DNA of 64,000 nt from Candidatus Oxydemutatoraceae bacterium (GTDB lineage Bacteria; Pseudomonadota; Gammaproteobacteria; Poriferisulfidales; Oxydemutatoraceae): contig CBDCOZ010000001.1 in assembly GCA_965220085.1 (NCBI GenBank), positions 32,001-96,000 on the forward strand, in the 5' to 3' direction. Positions within the stretch are counted from its first letter, which is position 1. The number at the start of each line of letters is the position of its first letter. Below, piece after piece: positions 58,683 to 64,000 of the stretch. The position numbers and the translations under genes are program-made. The notes under the pieces are model-generated. The model made no database searches. It saw nothing but the letters and a program-made list of their open reading frames with translations, and was not told where the DNA came from.

Positions 58683-60449
58683 ATGACAGAAGAGCGACAA
58701 AATACGGAGATTCGAGACATCGCCACGTTGTCGGACTTGTTCGTCCGCCGTGTCGCGCTGTCGGGCGGGCGGGTTGCGTATCGGCAGCATGACGGCGGCG
58801 AAAACACTTGGCGCGAGTGGCGCTGGGACGATGTGGCGACCGAAGTCGCCCGCTGGCAGCAGGCGCTGTTGGCCGAGGGGCTGGCGCGCGGCGCGCGGCT
58901 TGCCATCATGCTGCCGAACGGGGTGCCTTGGGTGGTGTGCGATCAGGCGGCGCTCGGTTTGGGACTGGCGGTGGTGCCGATTTTCAGCCACGACAATGCG
59001 GGCAATGTCGAATATATCTTGCGTGACTCCGGCAGTGAAATACTCGTTACCGACCGCGCGCGATTTTCTGTGATTGCCAACTTGGAGATAGTGCCGACAC
59101 TCAAGCGTATCGTAGTAATCGATGAAGCCGACAGTCCGGAGTTGCCTAACGCGGTTGCGTTAGATAGCTGGCTGGCGCATAAGCCCGATTCCGTTTTGAC
59201 CGGTGCCGCACCCGATGATATTGCCACACTGGTTTATACATCGGGGACGACCGGTGCGCCCAAGGGGGTTGTGTTGACGCACCATAACTTGCTGTCTAAT
59301 GCGGTTGCGGTGCAGAAGTCATTTCCGATAGGCGCGGATAATCTGTTTTTGTCTTTCTTGCCGCTATCACATATTTTTGAGCGCACCGCAGGCTATTACA
59401 TGACCATGTTGATTGGAGCGGAGGTGGCGTTTGCGCGTTCTATTCAACACCTCAAGGAGGATATGCTGATAATAAAGCCGACCGTGATGTTTGCGGTGCC
59501 GCGCATATTTGAGGGCATGTTGGAGAAGCTCAATGCATCGCTTAGCGGCGCATTGGCGCCTTTGCGCTGGTTGCTGGCGCGGGCGGCGGCGCGGCCGGCG
59601 CCGCGGCGCGGGCTGTGGTTCGGATTGGCGCGCATCGTCGTCGACAGACTCATCGGGCGGCGGTTTCGCAAGGCGTTCGGCGGGCGCATGCGGCATATGG
59701 TGAGCGGCGGCGCGGCGCTGTCGCCCGATGTGGCGCGGGCGTTTATCGCGCTTGGCGTGCCGGTGTATCAGGGCTATGGTTTGACCGAGACTGCGCCGGT
59801 GATTTCGGTAAACCGCCAGCACAGCAATGTGCCGGAAAGCATAGGCCCGCCGATTCACGGCGTGGAAGTCAAGCTCGGTGACGGCGATGAGTTGTTGACG
59901 CGCAGCGAATGTGTGATGCGGGGATATTGGAATTTGCCTGAGGTAACCGCGCAAGCGATAGATGCCGATGGCTGGTTTCATACCGGTGATAGGGCGCGCA
60001 TAGACGCGTATGGACGGTTGTATATCATCGGGCGGATTAAAGAAATTATCGTGATGTCTAACGGTGAGAAAGTGCCGCCGGTTGATATGGAAAATGCGTT
60101 GCTGGCGGATCCTTTGTTTGATCAGGCGATGGTGTGGGGAGAGGGCAAAGCGTTTCTGGTTGCGATATTGGTTTTGAATCCGGATGAGGCGGCAAGTTGC
60201 CCGGGAGACATGACGCCGCAGGCAGACGGTAGCGTGTTAGCGGATGATGCCTTCGGGAAAGAAGTGATGAAACGGGTTTCTTTGCGGTTGAAGGGTTTTC
60301 CATCCTACGCCAAGGTTCGTCGCGTAATTATTGCGCCCGAGCCGTGGACGGTTGAGAACGGTTTTCTGACGCCGACCTTAAAGCTCAAACGGCATAAGAT
60401 TCTTGAACGGTTGGGCAAGCAGATTGAAAGTGCGTATCTTTCAATCTAG
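58683..60449 (+). CDS. Long-chain fatty acid-CoA ligase (AMP-dependent)
   Basis: YTSGTTGAPKG, GYGLTE, GWFHTGD, LTPTLK. Confidence 0.92.
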   Translation: MTEERQNTEIRDIATLSDLFVRRVALSGGRVAYRQHDGGENTWREWRWDDVATEVARWQQALLAEGLARGARLAIMLPNGVPWVVCDQAALGLGLAVVPIFSHDNAGNVEYILRDSGSEILVTDRARFSVIANLEIVPTLKRIVVIDEADSPELPNAVALDSWLAHKPDSVLTGAAPDDIATLVYTSGTTGAPKGVVLTHHNLLSNAVAVQKSFPIGADNLFLSFLPLSHIFERTAGYYMTMLIGAEVAFARSIQHLKEDMLIIKPTVMFAVPRIFEGMLEKLNASLSGALAPLRWLLARAAARPAPRRGLWFGLARIVVDRLIGRRFRKAFGGRMRHMVSGGAALSPDVARAFIALGVPVYQGYGLTETAPVISVNRQHSNVPESIGPPIHGVEVKLGDGDELLTRSECVMRGYWNLPEVTAQAIDADGWFHTGDRARIDAYGRLYIIGRIKEIIVMSNGEKVPPVDMENALLADPLFDQAMVWGEGKAFLVAILVLNPDEAASCPGDMTPQADGSVLADDAFGKEVMKRVSLRLKGFPSYAKVRRVIIAPEPWTVENGFLTPTLKLKRHKILERLGKQIESAYLSI

Positions 60450-60458
60450 GTATCCCGT

Positions 60459-61268
60459 TTAGAACTTATAGCCCATCAATTCGATTTCATCGGCAAAATT
60501 TGTTGCCACGAGATCCCTCACTTCCGGGGTATATAGGCTACGGTAGTCTTGCTCGCGGGGAGTTTGCGTCGCTTTGGCCTTTGGGTGTGTACGCCATGCG
60601 CTAAAAGGAATACCCAGCTTGTCGCATACTTGCTCAAACTCCTCGTCCAAATTTTCATATCTGATTATTTTATTGACCAGCGAGTTCCCATTGCGATCGC
60701 TATATAGTCGGTAATTATCTGTGTAATAGCTTTCAGTCCGGATATATCTTTCTACGTATTCTTCCCAGCTCAGTTCCAGACCCTTCTCCGCGCGCTTGTG
60801 CTGCGCCCAGAAATAAAAAGATATCAGTCTGTCCCAAGTGTTTCGCGCAACACAGAACACATGGTAGTCATCCCATATGTTCTTGCCGACCATATCCTTG
60901 ACCTCTCTTGCCGGTATATGGGAATAATCGTCTACGAGTTGGTATTTCCACGGCACGGGCTCATCGTTTTTCAGCAGCAACGGAAGGTCGGGGTTAAAAG
61001 TCGACATTCGCAGGCTGTGTTGCAACTGTAAGATGCCGGATTTTATCGCTCTCCTATCGGCTCGCAAAATTTCTCTCATGGCCGAGCGGCAACCGGTGGC
61101 AACTATGAATCGCTTCCAATTGCGCGCGTAATCCCAGTCATCTTCGTCAATCATGGGAATGATGATATCGCGCTTGCCGCAATGCTTGGACAGGTATAGC
61201 TCAATGCTACTACCGGCTGTTTTGTAAGTTTTGATAAAAATGAATTTATATTTGTGGGAAATGATCAC
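60459..61268 (-). CDS. Sulfotransferase family 2 protein
   Basis: ISHKYKFIFIKTYKTAGSSI (5'-PSB), RNTWDRLISFY (3'-PB); GTG start assumed. Confidence 0.85.
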   Translation of the reverse strand: MIISHKYKFIFIKTYKTAGSSIELYLSKHCGKRDIIIPMIDEDDWDYARNWKRFIVATGCRSAMREILRADRRAIKSGILQLQHSLRMSTFNPDLPLLLKNDEPVPWKYQLVDDYSHIPAREVKDMVGKNIWDDYHVFCVARNTWDRLISFYFWAQHKRAEKGLELSWEEYVERYIRTESYYTDNYRLYSDRNGNSLVNKIIRYENLDEEFEQVCDKLGIPFSAWRTHPKAKATQTPREQDYRSLYTPEVRDLVATNFADEIELMGYKF

Positions 61269-61441
61269 GGGCGGTCGGAGTCTCTGCGCTTCGTTATTGT
61301 AGGGGCAAATACGGGGATTGCAATACCGCAGGCTCTTGCGGAGCGGCGGCGGATGGCGGCAGCCGTCGGCTTTGGGCCGCCTGCCGCCTGCGGACAAATA
61401 AAAATGACGCGGCTGTGCGTGTCGTGCTAATATAGAACATC

Positions 61442-63319
61442 ATGAGCGCATCCCGACAGATTCTTGAAAAAGCAAAAGACGCAAGCGCCGGGCTTTATGA
61501 CGAGCTCACTCCCTTTGCCCGCTGGGTCGGCGAACTCAAAAGTCAATCGGTGCTCAAGTGCGATATCATCGCCGGCATTACGGTGGCTCTGGTTTTGATA
61601 CCGCAATCGATGGCCTATGCGCAACTGGCGGATTTGCCGCCCTACTACGGTCTCTACGCTTCGTTTTTGCCTGTCGCTGTGGCGGCGGTTTTCGGATCAT
61701 CCAGGCAACTTGCGACCGGGCCGGTCGCGATCGTGTCTTTGCTGACTGCTTCGGCGGTGGGGCCGCTGGTCGCAACTGCGGGCGGCGAAGCCTTCATCGC
61801 TTATGCGGTTCTGATTGCGTTGATGGTCGGGGTGATTCAGCTTGCGATGGGTCTCATGCGTCTTGGCGTGCTGGTCGATTTCATTTCGCACCCGGTTGTC
61901 ATCGGCTTTACCAACGCCGCGGCGATCATCATAGCGACTTCGCAGCTCGGACCGATTCTCGGAGTATCCGTTGAGAGGGCTCCCTACCATTACGAGACGA
62001 TTTGGAATATTATGCTGGCGACCGCTGATCAGGCGCATTGGCAGAGCCTCGGCATAGCGGCTTTGTCCCTCGCCATCATGCTTGCGGCGCGCCGGTTTGC
62101 GCCGAAGTGGCCGGATGTTTTGTTGGCGGTGGCGGTTGCCACCTTGTTGTCGTGGTGGCTCGGGTTCAAAGAAAATGGCGGCATGGTAGTCGGCGAGATA
62201 CCGCAGGGCTTGCCTGATTTTTCGGCGCCGACGGCCAACTTTGAGATGATTCGCGAGTTGTCGGGGGCGGCGATTGCCATCGCGTTGATCGGTTTTACCG
62301 AAGCGATCTCCGTCGCCAAAGTGATGGCCGCGAGCACCCGCCAGCGGCTCGATGCCAATCAGGAGTTAATCGGGCAGGGGCTCTCTAACATTGCCGCCAG
62401 TTTTTCACAAGGCTATGCGGTGTCGGGTTCTTTCTCCCGTTCGGCGGTTAATTTCTCGGCGCAAGCGGTGACCGGGTTTTCTTCGGTCGTGACCGCTGTC
62501 GTCGTCGGCTTTACGCTGTTGTTCTTAACGCCGCTGTTTTACCATTTGCCGCAGCCGGCCTTGGCGGCGGTCATCATTCTGGCGGTGGCCGGCTTGATAA
62601 AGGTCAAACCGTTTCTGCATATCTGGAAAGTGCAAAGACACGATGCGGTTGTTTCGCTCCTGACGTTTCTTTTGACCTTGGTCTTTGCGCCGCACCTTGA
62701 GAACGGCATCTTGATTGGCGCGGCGCTCTCCCTCGGCTTGTATGTCTATCGCACGATGCGCCCGTCGGTAGTCCTGCTGGCGCGGCACGAAGGCGGCGGC
62801 TTCCGGGATGCGACCAAAGGGATACTCAAGACCTGCCCTAAAATTGCGATATTGCGCTTCGGCGGCCCTTTGTTCTTTGCCAACACGGGTTATTTTGAAC
62901 ACAAGATATTGGATCGCGTGGCGAGCCAGCCGGAACTCCGGTTCATTATCATTGACGCGGTTTCCATGAATGAGATCGATGCCACCGGCGAAGCCATGCT
63001 GCACCAACTTGCGCGCCGGCTGGTGGAATTGCATATAGAGTTTCTCTTCGTTCGGGTGCCGGCGCCGGTGATGGAGACCCTTGAGCGCAGCGGGTTTGCC
63101 AGCGCCGAATGGGCCGATCACTTTTTTATGGATCGCAAAAATGCTTTGGCGTTTGCGTGGCGCAAGCTGGCCGAGCGCAAAGATACCGAGTGTTCGGTAT
63201 CCGCTTGTGATACCCGTGATCTGTCGAGTTGCGTGTTGCATTCCTCGCCGCGCACGGCCAATCCGTTTCTCAATACGGTGGCCGGACGGTTCAAAGGCCC
63301 GACGCATACAAAAGAGTAA
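61442..63319 (+). CDS. SulP family anion transporter with STAS domain
   Basis: PQSMAYA, GSSRQLATGP, ANQEL, GSFSRS, LFFAN. Confidence 0.93.
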   Translation: MSASRQILEKAKDASAGLYDELTPFARWVGELKSQSVLKCDIIAGITVALVLIPQSMAYAQLADLPPYYGLYASFLPVAVAAVFGSSRQLATGPVAIVSLLTASAVGPLVATAGGEAFIAYAVLIALMVGVIQLAMGLMRLGVLVDFISHPVVIGFTNAAAIIIATSQLGPILGVSVERAPYHYETIWNIMLATADQAHWQSLGIAALSLAIMLAARRFAPKWPDVLLAVAVATLLSWWLGFKENGGMVVGEIPQGLPDFSAPTANFEMIRELSGAAIAIALIGFTEAISVAKVMAASTRQRLDANQELIGQGLSNIAASFSQGYAVSGSFSRSAVNFSAQAVTGFSSVVTAVVVGFTLLFLTPLFYHLPQPALAAVIILAVAGLIKVKPFLHIWKVQRHDAVVSLLTFLLTLVFAPHLENGILIGAALSLGLYVYRTMRPSVVLLARHEGGGFRDATKGILKTCPKIAILRFGGPLFFANTGYFEHKILDRVASQPELRFIIIDAVSMNEIDATGEAMLHQLARRLVELHIEFLFVRVPAPVMETLERSGFASAEWADHFFMDRKNALAFAWRKLAERKDTECSVSACDTRDLSSCVLHSSPRTANPFLNTVAGRFKGPTHTKE

Positions 63320-63474
63320 CTGTCGGCCCGGCGGCCGTCTCAAGAGCGCAACTCGCACAAAAGAGTCGCTGTCGGCCCGGCAGCCGTTTCAAGAGCGCGG
63401 CTCGCACAAAAGAGTCGCTATCGGCCCGGCGGCCGTTTCAAGAGCGCAACTCGTACGCGAGAGTCGCTATCGGT
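63319..63474. repeat. 49-bp tandem repeat x3 including the trmB 3' end
   Basis: TCGGCCCGGC.GCCGT.TCAAGAGCGC..CTCG.AC..AAGAGTCGCT units. Confidence 0.85.
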
Positions 63475-64000
63475 CTGCCGGCCAGCAGCGCGCGCTTTTC
63501 AAAAATCGTTTGCGGACGCGCGATGTGTTCGCGCGGACAACGGCGATACCGCTTTGTGCTTTCCACCGCCGCGCGCATCTCTTGCGCATAAGGTTCTGAG
63601 TCGGTCGCCAGGCAGAGCAGGCCGCCGGGTTTCATCTTGGGGAGGAGTGCGGCGATGAACTCCGCTTTGACCAGCCGCCGTTTGTGGTGACGCTTTTTCG
63701 GCCACGGGTCGGGAAACATGATCATGACCCGGCTGAGACTGTCGTTCGGCATGCGCTCAAGGGCTTTGATCGCATCGTCGCAAATGATGCGCAGGTTATC
63801 GAGCGAGAGCGCCGCCGCCTTGCGCAAGAGCGAACCGACGCCGGAGCGGTACACTTCAATGCCGAGGAAGTTTTGTGCGGGATTGCCCGCCGCCATTTGC
63901 GTGATCAGATCGCCGTTGCCGCAGCCGATTTCAAGCACGACGGGCGCGGGTCGGGCAAATATCCGCGCCATGTCAAGGCGCGCGCCGCCGAGGTCTATGC
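63438..64000 (-). CDS. trmB: tRNA (guanine-N7)-methyltransferase, 5' end outside the window
   Basis: LEIGCGNG, FPDPWPKKRHHKRR, ATD...YA. Confidence 0.95.
   Translation of the reverse strand, partial: IDLGGARLDMARIFARPAPVVLEIGCGNGDLITQMAAGNPAQNFLGIEVYRSGVGSLLRKAAALSLDNLRIICDDAIKALERMPNDSLSRVMIMFPDPWPKKRHHKRRLVKAEFIAALLPKMKPGGLLCLATDSEPYAQEMRAAVESTKRYRRCPREHIARPQTIFEKRALLAGRPIATLAYELRS

Overview
Bacterial chromosomal window. A gammaproteobacterium is inferred from the coaBC-dut-algC-argB and nadC-murU-amgK gene order. A host-associated lifestyle (possibly a sponge symbiont) is only a guess from the many restriction systems, the sulfotransferase and the Ig-repeat proteins. From left to right: (1) 0.9-7.5 kb, a tandem array of five secreted-protein genes separated by shared non-coding modules, including two twice-repeated, covarying structured-RNA candidates; (2) an internally deleted mnmG and actP; (3) a 15 kb AT-rich defence island bounded by a 31-32 bp direct repeat (DUF4238, Dcm/ParB-like/nuclease triad, type I RM, Dcm + GHKL nuclease), followed by McrBC; (4) a type II-C-like CRISPR locus with an open 1128-aa cas9 whose HNH catalytic residues are replaced while RuvC is intact, cas1/cas2 reduced to remnants, a 3-repeat degenerate array with embedded promoters, and a second repeat pair/tracrRNA candidate upstream; (5) housekeeping genes and two tRNAs; (6) a second secreted-protein cluster at 53-56 kb; (7) more housekeeping genes. 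The three best candidates for novelty are the 14-aa motif (L/I)RLRLRLFLEGPLR shared by unrelated secreted proteins (putative new sorting/export signal), the duplicated structured RNAs, and the HNH-dead adaptation-less Cas9. All calls come from reading the sequence by eye; no database searches were run.
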